Origin: an uncultured Methanomicrobiaceae archaeon | Lineage (GTDB): Archaea; Halobacteriota; Methanomicrobia; Methanomicrobiales; Methanoculleaceae | Direction: 5' to 3' | Length of the DNA: 64,000 nucleotides | Assembly: GCA_963826525.1 (NCBI GenBank) | Contig: CAWGXH010000004.1 | Coordinates: 1,312,001-1,376,000, forward strand | Shown here: positions 53,033 to 61,777 of the stretch, piece after piece | Layout: every line of letters starts with the position of its first letter | Numbering within the stretch: position 1 is the stretch's first letter | Notes under the pieces: model-generated | The model's database searches: none | What the model was told of the DNA's origin: nothing | What the model saw: the letters and a program-made list of their open reading frames with translations, nothing else | Position numbers and translations under genes: made by a program

Positions 53033-54172
53033 TCAGTCCTCCGGGGATCGCCTCATCCCCGGCCGCCATCGCTGCAGGGCGTATGCGAGCACCATGCCGG
53101 CGATGAACGCGACCGTGAGCCCGACCGCCAGGGTGAGGATGGCGATCACTGCGGTGACGATATACGAGTCGGTCTTGATGCTATGCTTTCCGAGCTCGAT
53201 TCCGACGAAGACGAGCAGCCCGCCGAAGATGCCGAGCGGGATCAGGGTCAGCACCTCGGGAGGTGCGAAGAGCAGGGCGAAGGCGAGGATGAAGAGGCCT
53301 GCGGCGATGTTCGCTCCACCGGTGCGGGCGCCGAACCGGTACTGGGCTGCCATCCCTCCGGCGCCGTGGCACATCGGGAACCCGCCGAGGGGTGTCGAGA
53401 CCAGGTTCATCAGGCCGATCGTCCGGGAGAGGCGATCGGGTTTGACCTCCTTGCCGAAGAGATCGATCGTCAGGAGCGAGGTCGCGAGGATTGCGTTCGT
53501 CAGCGTCAGTGGGATCTGCGGGAGAACCAGTGTCCACGCTCCTGCGACAAAGTCCGCTGCGGTAGGAATGATCAGGTACGGGAGGGGGATAAAGCGGAGC
53601 GGTGGGAACCCTGCAGTGAGGATCCCGGCACCAAGGCCGATAGCGATCACCACCAGGGCAGAGATGTCCGGCAGTCGGGTCCGGTTTGCGAGGACGAAGA
53701 AGGCGAGGATGATCGCGATCGAGAGCACGGCGAACGAAAGGTCGGTGAGAATGTATCCGAGCGACGTCCGGAGCAGCAGGAGTGCAAGCCCGGCCTGAAC
53801 GCCGCGAATGACGCTTTGCGGGATCCACTTCCGGATACGCTCCATGCCGCCGAATACCCCGAGCAGGAAGAAGATCACGCCGAGGATGATCCCGGCCGCT
53901 GCGATCTCCCCGCCGCTCAGCCCTTCGGCGATGACGATAGCCCCTATCGCTTTCATCGGTTCGATAGGGATCGGGAGCCGGTAGTAGAGGCCGGCGATGA
54001 CGTACCAGGCAGCCATGAAGAGGAAGATGTGGCTGATATTGACGTCCGAGACAAGGGCGACACCGAGGATGATCGGAAAGATCGTGCCGATATCCCCGAG
54101 TCCCCCTGCGATCTCCTCAAGCGTGAACCGGATGCTTGGGGGATCAGTTGTTGGGCGAGCGTGCGGTGCCAT
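53033..54172 (-). CDS. MOT1-family molybdate transporter
   Basis: EIAGGLGDIGT, PIPIEPMKAI, PQIPLTLTNA, PMCHGAGGMAAQYRFGART. Confidence 0.88.
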   Translation of the reverse strand: MAPHARPTTDPPSIRFTLEEIAGGLGDIGTIFPIILGVALVSDVNISHIFLFMAAWYVIAGLYYRLPIPIEPMKAIGAIVIAEGLSGGEIAAAGIILGVIFFLLGVFGGMERIRKWIPQSVIRGVQAGLALLLLRTSLGYILTDLSFAVLSIAIILAFFVLANRTRLPDISALVVIAIGLGAGILTAGFPPLRFIPLPYLIIPTAADFVAGAWTLVLPQIPLTLTNAILATSLLTIDLFGKEVKPDRLSRTIGLMNLVSTPLGGFPMCHGAGGMAAQYRFGARTGGANIAAGLFILAFALLFAPPEVLTLIPLGIFGGLLVFVGIELGKHSIKTDSYIVTAVIAILTLAVGLTVAFIAGMVLAYALQRWRPGMRRSPED

Positions 54173-54393
54173 TCATCTCCTCACGGGTAGTCTGTAGGCG
54201 GTAATGATTAATGATGTTTGTTGATTTCGATACCGGGACGAAAGCAGAGACCCGTGTCGTAGATGGGAACATCATCAGTCGTCTGGGGAAGTGGGGTCTC
54301 TTTTGTCCCCTCGGTCGGGTGAGCCTGTTCTCTGAGCCCTGCCGGAGCGTTCGCGCCTTTCCGTGCCCGAAATTTGCGCTCTACCGATGGTGT

Positions 54394-54413
54394 GTAAATT
54401 AAATAAATTTAAC
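54394..54413. promoter_or_regulatory. Candidate operator GTAAA-N10-TTAAC between the MOT1 gene and modA
   Basis: gtaaa ttaaataaat ttaac. Confidence 0.45.
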
Positions 54414-54477
54414 TTTTGCGCCCAAACGATGTGCTCCATTATAAACAGTTATCTTCTGCGGTCGGTCAATCCTTTTT

Positions 54478-55294
54478 ATGCACAAAAAACGGGTTGTTTT
54501 CATGCTTCTGCTCATCACCTGTGCATCCGTCTTCATCTGCGGGTGCACCGGTCCTGCAGCAACTACTGAGTCGACTGAAACCACGGGTGAGTCGGCATCG
54601 CTCCTGGTCTACTGTGGTGCCGGCATGCGTGAGCCTATGGAGGAGATCGCCACCGTCTTTACAGAGAAGTATGGTGCTACCGTAAACTACAACTTCGGCG
54701 GATCGAATGCACTGCTCTCGCAGATGGAGCTGGTTAAGCAGGGCGACGTCTACATGCCGGGTGCGACCTCGTACTTCGATACTGCCCGCGAGAAAGGCTT
54801 TGTCCAGAAGGAAGAGACTCGTTGTCTACCACGTCCCGGCGATCGTCGTGCCGAAGGGCAACCCGGCGAACATCACCTGTCTTGCCGACCTTGCAAAGCC
54901 GGGGGTCAGGGTGGAGCTCGGTGACGCGGAGGCCTGTGCGATCGGCAAACTCTGCGACAGCCTGCTCACCAAGAGCGGCATCCAGGATGAAGTCCTTGCC
55001 AACACCGTTGCACGGACGGCCACCGTGAACGAGCTCATCGTTCATGCCTCGCTCAGACAGGCAGACGCCGCAATCGTCTGGGAGGATCTCTACGAAAGCG
55101 AGAAGCTTGACCTCATCGAGATCCCGAAGGAGAACAACATCGTCAAGATCGTCCCCATCGGTACCCTGATCTTCTCCGAACATCAGGAGCTCGCCGATCA
55201 GTTCGTCACCTTCGTCTCGTCGGATGACGGCAAGGCGATCTTTACCGCGCACGGATTCACGACCTACCCGGACGCCTACTATGGGACAGTCTGA
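54478..55294 (+). CDS. modA: Molybdate ABC binding lipoprotein (frameshift near 54815)
   Basis: ICGC lipobox, YCGAGM, FGGS..LLSQ, GDVYMPG, KGNPANI, AIG, TVNEL, DAAIVW. Confidence 0.85.
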
Positions 55295-55312
55295 ACGGGC
55301 TTAAAAACGAGG

Positions 55313-55861
55313 ATGGTAATTACCGTGAACCGAAACGATCAGGACGTGAAGAACATGGAGATCCGATACCGACCGATAGGCATCATTCATTCCGAGTTCA
55401 CCGAGCAGGATGAGACGCCGATTCAGGGCATCTTCAACGAATCCGTGGGCCAGGTTGAGGTCTTTCCCGAGTTTGCGGAGGGCCTCCGGGATATCGAGTC
55501 CTTCTCGCATATAATCCTCCTCTACCACTTCGACCGGGCGGACGGGTGCACCCTCCTTCAGAAACCGTTCCTGGACGGCGAAAAGGAGCGCGGTATCTTT
55601 GCTATCAGGCACTTCAAGCGCCCGAACCCGATCGGTATCTCAATCGTCCGTCTGCTTGGGGTGCAGGGGAACGTGCTCGAGATCAAAGGTGTGGACGTCC
55701 TCGACGGGACACCGCTGCTCGACATCAAGCCCTATGTCTACCGGTTCGATCACCGTGATGAGGTCCGGAGCGGATGGGTTGATAACCAGCATATCGACGA
55801 CATCGCAGAATGGAACAGCACGCCGAGAGCGCTGCGCGACCGTGAGAGGACAAACCGGTGA
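55313..55861 (+). CDS. TrmO/TsaA (YaeB)-like SAM-binding beta-barrel protein
   Basis: YRPIGIIHSEF, TPIQG, FSHIILLYHF, GIFAIRHFKRPNPIG, DGTPLLDIKPY; start may be 55355. Confidence 0.88.
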   Translation: MVITVNRNDQDVKNMEIRYRPIGIIHSEFTEQDETPIQGIFNESVGQVEVFPEFAEGLRDIESFSHIILLYHFDRADGCTLLQKPFLDGEKERGIFAIRHFKRPNPIGISIVRLLGVQGNVLEIKGVDVLDGTPLLDIKPYVYRFDHRDEVRSGWVDNQHIDDIAEWNSTPRALRDRERTNR

Positions 55862-56652
55862 ATGCGTATCTCCGCTCGCCGCTGAAGACCGTCACTATCG
55901 GCGCAGGCGTCGGGCTCGCTCTCTTCATTGTGGTGCTCCTGCTCCTGGTGATGAGTCATCCGACGCCGGATGGCCTCATCTCCTCGCTCCTCTCTCCCGA
56001 GATCTGGTTTGCCATCTACCTGAGCCTGGGGACGTCGTTTGTCTCGACGTTTCTCTGTATTCTGGTTGGTATTCCAGCAGCGTACGCGCTTGCACGCTAC
56101 GACTTCTTCGGGAAGCACGCCGTAAACACGATCCTCGACATGCCGCTCGCACTCCCGCCGCTGGTGGCGGGTGTCGGGCTGCTGCTCTTCTTCGGTGCGA
56201 CCCCGATTGGAGAGGCGCTGTCAATGGCGGGACTGGTCTTCGTCTTTACGCCTCTCGGTATCATCGTCGCGCAGTTCTTCGTCAACGTCCCCTTCATGCT
56301 ACGCATCATGCGGTCCACCTTCGAGGGGATCAGCCCGCGGTATGAGTACGTGGCAAAAACGCTCGGGTGCACCGATACCCAGGCGCTCTGGCGCGTCACT
56401 CTGCCGATGGCTATGAACGGGTTTTTTGCGGGTTCGGTGATCACCTGGGCGAAGGGCATCGGCGAGTTCGGTGCCGCACTGATGATCGCCGGGGCAACCC
56501 GGATGGTGACGGAGACACTGCCGATCTCGCTCTTCCTGAATATGTCGTGCGGGAAACTGGACCTCGCCATCTCGGCGGCGACCATCCTGATCGCCATCAG
56601 CGTCGTTTCACTCTACGTCTTCGAACGCTACGGCGGGTGGGCGCGCCTGTAG
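55858..56652 (+). CDS. modB: Molybdate ABC permease
   Basis: DMPLALPPLVAGVGLL, YEYVAKTLG, WAKGIGEFGA. Confidence 0.88.
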   Translation: MNAYLRSPLKTVTIGAGVGLALFIVVLLLLVMSHPTPDGLISSLLSPEIWFAIYLSLGTSFVSTFLCILVGIPAAYALARYDFFGKHAVNTILDMPLALPPLVAGVGLLLFFGATPIGEALSMAGLVFVFTPLGIIVAQFFVNVPFMLRIMRSTFEGISPRYEYVAKTLGCTDTQALWRVTLPMAMNGFFAGSVITWAKGIGEFGAALMIAGATRMVTETLPISLFLNMSCGKLDLAISAATILIAISVVSLYVFERYGGWARL

Positions 56653-56662
56653 GAGTGAACGG

Positions 56663-57721
56663 ATGCTGCAGATAACGAATGTATCAAAGGACATGGGTGA
56701 GTTTTTCCTGGACAATGTCTCACTTGAGGTTCTGGACGGGGAGTACCTGGTGATCATCGGTCCGACCGGGGCGGGAAAGACGATCCTTCTCGAGACGGTT
56801 GCCGGGATCTACGAACCGGACAGCGGAGAGATCCGCCTCGACGGACGCGAGATCACCGATGCGCCGCCGAAGGACCGGAAGATCTGCATGGTCTACCAGG
56901 ACTATATGCTCTTCCCGCACCTGACCGTCGAGGAGAATATCGGGTTTGGCCTCACGTCAAAGAAGGTCCCGAAGGAGGAGATCGCCGAGGCGGTCCGGAA
57001 CTATGCAGGGATGCTGAACATCGCGCACCTGCTCCACCGGTATCCGGGCACGCTCTCCGGCGGCGAACAACAGCGGGCTGCAATCGCGCGGGCGATGGTT
57101 ATGAGCCCGCGGGCGCTCCTTCTGGACGAGCCGCTCAGCGCGTTGGATGCAAAGACCCGCGAGATCCTCCGGAGGGAACTAAAATCGCTGCATGCCCGGA
57201 CGAAGACGACCGTCATTCACATAACGCACAACTTCGAGGAGGTCTTCGACCTTGCCGACCGTGTCGCTATCATGAATCAGGGTCGGATCGTTCAGGTAGG
57301 AAAACCCGACGAGATCTTCCGGAGGCCGAAAGATCGGTTCGTGGCCGATTTTGTGGGTGTGACAAATCTTTTCCGGGGGATATCCACGGTTGATGACGGT
57401 ATCGCCGTTATCGCGATCGACGGGCCACAGATCCGTGCTCATTCGGTTGAGGAGGGAGAGGTCCACGTCTCCGTCCGGCCGGAGGATATCCTGATCTCGA
57501 CAGAGCCCCTCGCATCGCCGGTGCGGAATTCATTCCCCGGAACGATCCGGGAGATCGTGCACGTCGGCGCGTTTGTCAGGCTCACGGTTGATGCAGGAGC
57601 GGAATTTATCGTTGCGCTGACACGGCAGGGATTCGAGGAAACCGGTCTTTCCATCGGCGATCCGGTTTTCATCGCATTCAAAGCCACTGCCGCCCACGTA
57701 TTCCCCGGCGGGAACGCCTGA
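56663..57721 (+). CDS. modC: Molybdate/tungstate ABC ATPase with TOBE domain
   Basis: GPTGAGKT, LSGGEQQR, LLDEPLSALD, VRNSF. Confidence 0.85.
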   Translation: MLQITNVSKDMGEFFLDNVSLEVLDGEYLVIIGPTGAGKTILLETVAGIYEPDSGEIRLDGREITDAPPKDRKICMVYQDYMLFPHLTVEENIGFGLTSKKVPKEEIAEAVRNYAGMLNIAHLLHRYPGTLSGGEQQRAAIARAMVMSPRALLLDEPLSALDAKTREILRRELKSLHARTKTTVIHITHNFEEVFDLADRVAIMNQGRIVQVGKPDEIFRRPKDRFVADFVGVTNLFRGISTVDDGIAVIAIDGPQIRAHSVEEGEVHVSVRPEDILISTEPLASPVRNSFPGTIREIVHVGAFVRLTVDAGAEFIVALTRQGFEETGLSIGDPVFIAFKATAAHVFPGGNA

Positions 57722-57759
57722 GTGCCCCGGCATCCCTCGCATTCTCTTTTCGGGGCGAT

Positions 57760-58250
57760 AGCGGGGAGCGTCTCGGATGTCTGAAACGGCTGCGCATCCG
57801 CGTCCGGAACTCTTCCGTTTCTATCGATCCCGCCCGATGTCCCTCAAGGGTCATGATCCGATCCACCCGGGCGATCAGGATGTCGAGCGAACGTGCAGCA
57901 GAGAGGAGCGCCGTCTCGCTGAGCGCCTCACGGCGGGTCGCAAGTGGTCGTCGCATCCCCGCTCCGGAGGCACCCGGGCACGAGAAGGTTCATCACCGAC
58001 CGGTCGTCGTCGAAGATCAGCAGGGGTGCCTGCTTCCGGACGGCTGTCTGGAACTCGTGCGCCATCACTATCGATCCGTTCCTCTGGCCAGATCGCTCGC
58101 GGCGTGCCGCCGATACCGGGGGATACGGACACGTGACTTGATCTCTTCGAACAGCACCGCGACCGCGTCGTCGGCACCGGTAGGATTTCGGCACAGTTTT
58201 TCGAGGATTCTCCCGTCGATCAGCACCGGCAGGCTGGACACGCCGGAGGT
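57760..58250 (-). pseudogene. Degenerate fragment of a COG3044-like 'ATPase of the ABC class'
   Basis: Across frames: GIGGTPRAI / GSIVMAHEFQTAVRKQAPLLIFDDDRSVMNLLV / SLDILIARVDRIM, resembling the family's SGSTSQA...LLIDEDTSATN segment. Confidence 0.4.
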
Positions 58251-58331
58251 CGACGTCCCCCTCTCTGTTCACGTCGATATGTTTACTTCGATAATTAATC
58301 AGTATTAGTAACTTTATTGAGTAAACCTGCG

Positions 58332-58351
58332 ATTAAATCTCAAGATTTATC
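58332..58351. promoter_or_regulatory. Inverted repeat TAAATCT-CA-AGATTTA upstream of tupA copy 3
   Basis: Perfect 7-bp arms at 58334-58349; also reads ATTAA-N10-TTATC. Confidence 0.45.
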
Positions 58352-58381
58352 TTAGAATTTCACATATGTTAACCGATCGCT

Positions 58382-59302
58382 ATGAAGATGCAGAAATACC
58401 TTCTTGTTGCGGCAATCCTGATTGCTGCGCTTCTCGTCTGCGGGTGCACGCAGACCGCAACGACAACGGCTGAATCACCGCAGACACTCCGTATTGCGAC
58501 GACGACGAGCCTCTACGACACGGGGCTCCTTGACTCCCTCACCCCCGCGTTCGAGAAGGAGCATAACGCCGTCGTACAGGTCGTCTCCGCCGGAACCGGC
58601 AAGGCGCTCGAGTACGGGCAGCGCGGCGACGTCGACATCATGATGGTGCACGACCGTGCCCGCGAGGATACGTTCATCGCCGATGGGTATGGCACCGACC
58701 GCCGTGTCTTCGCCTACAACTACTTCGTCGTCGTCGGCCCTGAGTCCGACCCGGCCGGCATCGCGGGCATGCAGCCTGAAGAGGCGTTCATCACCATTCG
58801 TGAGAAGGGTATGAACGGCACCGGCGTGGTCTTCGTCTCCCGCGGCGACAGCTCCGGCACTCACGCAAAGGAACAGGCTCTCTGGAAAGGGGCAGGGTTC
58901 AACTACTCGACCGAGGTTCAGCAGTCCGGCGACTGGTATGTCGAGGCCGGAACCGGCATGGGCGCGACCCTGGTGATGGCGAGCGAGAAGCAGGCATACA
59001 CGCTCTCCGATATCGGCACCTACCTCGCTTACAAGGGCGACCTTGCGCTCGTCACGCTCGTCGATGAGGGAGACAGTCTCCTCAACATCTACAGCGTGAT
59101 GGCCATCGACCCCGCAAAGCACCCGGGTGTCAACAACAGCATCGCGAAGGACTGGATCAACTACATCGTTTCCGACGACGTGCAGCAGCAGATCGCCGAC
59201 TTCGGCGTCACGGAGTACGGCCAGCCGCTCTTCTTCCCCGCTGCCGGGAACGCCGAGACGATCGGTGTCCCCGCCGACGAGTGCGCGACCCCGCTGAACT
59301 GA
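58382..59302 (+). CDS. tupA: Tungstate ABC substrate-binding lipoprotein, copy 3
   Basis: VCGC lipobox, ATTTSLYDTGLL, GTGKA, SRGDSSGTH, YTLSD. Confidence 0.93.
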   Translation: MKMQKYLLVAAILIAALLVCGCTQTATTTAESPQTLRIATTTSLYDTGLLDSLTPAFEKEHNAVVQVVSAGTGKALEYGQRGDVDIMMVHDRAREDTFIADGYGTDRRVFAYNYFVVVGPESDPAGIAGMQPEEAFITIREKGMNGTGVVFVSRGDSSGTHAKEQALWKGAGFNYSTEVQQSGDWYVEAGTGMGATLVMASEKQAYTLSDIGTYLAYKGDLALVTLVDEGDSLLNIYSVMAIDPAKHPGVNNSIAKDWINYIVSDDVQQQIADFGVTEYGQPLFFPAAGNAETIGVPADECATPLN

Positions 59303-59366
59303 CGGGAGATCCGGACACTCCTCATTTTTCTCGTTACACTCAAAATATCATACTAGCAGGAATCCC

Positions 59367-60068
59367 ATGAACGAGATTGTCGAGGCGTTCTTCCAGGCCG
59401 TCGAGTTGATTGTTACCCTCAACCCGACAGTGATGGAGATCGCACTCCGGAGTATTCTGATCTCCCTCTCGGCAACCCTCGTCGCGACGGCGATCGCGAT
59501 CCCCCTCGGCTTTCTCATCCAGATCAACGAATTTTCCGGCAAAAGGATGGTGATCAACATCATCCAGACGCTTTATGCCCTCCCGACGGTGATCGTCGGA
59601 CTCTTCGTCTTCGTCTTCATCTCCCGTGCAGGGCCGCTCGGTTTCCTCGGTCTCCTCTTCACGCCGACGGCGATGGCCATCGCGCAGACGGTGCTCATCC
59701 TTCCTATCATGACCGGGCTCACTATCTCCGCACTATCGGGGGTCGACCCGACAGTCCGCGACACCATCCGCTCTCTCGGGGCGAACACCCGCCAATACCT
59801 CGGCCTGCTTATCCGGGAGGCGCGGTTCGCCATCCTCGCGGCGGTGGTGGTCGGGTTTTCGCGGGCGATCTCCGAGGTCGGCGCGGCGATCATGATCGGC
59901 GGCAATACCCAGACCTCGGCGTTCTGGACATCGACGAGGGTTTTGACGACGGCGATCTCGCTCGAGACCTCGATGGGGAATATCGAGTTTTCGATGGCGC
60001 TCGGGATCATTCTCCTCATCATCGCCCTCGTGGTGAATCTCGTGCTGATGACGGTGCAGCAGCGGTGA
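59367..60068 (+). CDS. tupB: Tungstate ABC permease
   Basis: YALPTVIVGL, GPLG, RAISEVGAAIMIGGN, TRVLTTAI. Confidence 0.92.
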   Translation: MNEIVEAFFQAVELIVTLNPTVMEIALRSILISLSATLVATAIAIPLGFLIQINEFSGKRMVINIIQTLYALPTVIVGLFVFVFISRAGPLGFLGLLFTPTAMAIAQTVLILPIMTGLTISALSGVDPTVRDTIRSLGANTRQYLGLLIREARFAILAAVVVGFSRAISEVGAAIMIGGNTQTSAFWTSTRVLTTAISLETSMGNIEFSMALGIILLIIALVVNLVLMTVQQR

Positions 60069-60074
60069 CCTTCT

Positions 60075-61187
60075 ATGATTGACGTCCGAGGTGTATCAAA
60101 ACGGTTCGGCGAGAAAGAGGTGCTCCGCGACGTGAACGTGACCGTCCAGGACGGGGAGATCTTCGGGATCATCGGCCCGTCGGGTTCGGGGAAATCGACG
60201 CTGCTCCGGATACTCAATCTCCTCGAAACGCCGACGACCGGGCAGGTGATCTTCGACGGCGTCGACATCCACGCCCGGAACGATCGGTCGCTCGCCGTCC
60301 GGAGACGGATGGGCATGGTCTTCCAGAAGCCGGTTGTTCTGACGACCAGTGTCTTTGAGAACGTCGCCGCGGGGCTCCGAATCAGGGGAGCGGAAGATGG
60401 GCACCTTCGGTCGAAAGTGGAGCAGGCACTTGAGGTTATCGGGCTTGCCGACCGTGCGGAGCAGCCTGCAAAGACGCTCTCCGGCGGAGAGATGCAGCGG
60501 GTGGCGATAGCGCGGGTGCTCGTCACCGACCCCGCCCTCCTGCTCCTGGACGAGCCGACGGCCAGCCTCGACCCGCTCTCGACCGAGATGGTCGAGGATC
60601 TCATCCGCCGGATAAACCGGGATTTCAACACCACCCTGATCCTGACGACGCACGACCTCCTCCAGGGGCAGCGCCTCGCCGACCGGATCGGGGTGATGAT
60701 CGACGGGACGTTTGCCCAGGTCGGAACGCCGCGGGAGATCTTCGCCGCACCGCAGCGCCGGAGCGTCGCCCGGTTCGTGGGGATGGAGAATATCCTTGAG
60801 GGCACCGTTCTCCGGAGCGATCAGGGGCTCGCGACGGTGGCGGTCGGCAGCGCATCCCTCGCTGCGGCAACCGATCGCCGTCCGGGCGAGCGGGTCACGC
60901 TCTGCATCCGGCCCGAGGATGTTACCCTCCACCTGCCCGGGAGCGGCACGGGGAGCGCCCGGAACGTCTTTTCAGGGATCGTGACCGGTATCCGGTCGCT
61001 CGGGCCATTCTCCCGGATCGACCTCGACTGCGGTTTTCCCATTATCGCCCTCGTCACCTGGAAGGCGGTCGACGACCTCGGCATCGTTCCCGGCGCCACG
61101 ATTACGGTTGCGTTTAAGGTAAGTGCCATCCACGTGATGACACCTGCGGAGGAGCGCGACAGGAGCAGCGGTATATCCCGGACCTGA
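60075..61187 (+). CDS. tupC: Tungstate ABC ATPase with TOBE domain
   Basis: GPSGSGKS, LSGGEMQR, LDEPT, GSARNVF. Confidence 0.9.
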   Translation: MIDVRGVSKRFGEKEVLRDVNVTVQDGEIFGIIGPSGSGKSTLLRILNLLETPTTGQVIFDGVDIHARNDRSLAVRRRMGMVFQKPVVLTTSVFENVAAGLRIRGAEDGHLRSKVEQALEVIGLADRAEQPAKTLSGGEMQRVAIARVLVTDPALLLLDEPTASLDPLSTEMVEDLIRRINRDFNTTLILTTHDLLQGQRLADRIGVMIDGTFAQVGTPREIFAAPQRRSVARFVGMENILEGTVLRSDQGLATVAVGSASLAAATDRRPGERVTLCIRPEDVTLHLPGSGTGSARNVFSGIVTGIRSLGPFSRIDLDCGFPIIALVTWKAVDDLGIVPGATITVAFKVSAIHVMTPAEERDRSSGISRT

Positions 61188-61289
61188 TATATTTGGTTGG
61201 GCTCCTCGATATCCTGCACGGAACGGCTGCTCCAGCAATGAACCTCTCTGCCGGTGACACTGGTTGCTTTACGGCATTCCATAGCTCCC

Positions 61290-61490
61290 GACCGCCGGAT
61301 GCACCCGAAGCGAGGAAGGCCACGCTGGTTTGATCCGGAGTTTCTCTACGAAGCGAGGTGCTCCCAAACTCTGTTTCAGCCGGATAAAGGCATTTTCATG
61401 GAGATTACTCCCCGATACGATCACTACGCGAACTTGCTCCTCGGTTTTATCTGTCCGGCATGCGCCACCATGATCCGGTGCCTATCTCCT
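61290..61490 (+). mobile_element. Degenerate C-terminal remnant of an IS5-family transposase
   Basis: PKRGRPRWFDPE.LYEAR / FSRIKAF (other frame) / ITPRYDHYANLLLGFICPAC match the IS5 C-terminal pattern. Confidence 0.6.
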
Positions 61491-61777
61491 TCTCGCATTG
61501 ATTTCACGCGAAACTCTTCGGCAGGAAGGGATGACCTTCTACCGATACGATAACCCGGAGACCGCCCGTGCTTACGTTCCGGTCGCCAGTGCAACTCTTC
61601 TCTGCTTGCGAGATTAGGGGAGAGTGTTCCGATAGTCGATCCTCATTCCCTTACACGTGCAGGATGTGCCCGGGTACAGCATGTCAGGATGGCCTTCAAG
61701 AGTATATCCGCGGAAAAGTCCGGTGGAAACCACGTAAATTGGGGATCCTGTGGTTCACCGGAGGGGGTATCCCTGAT

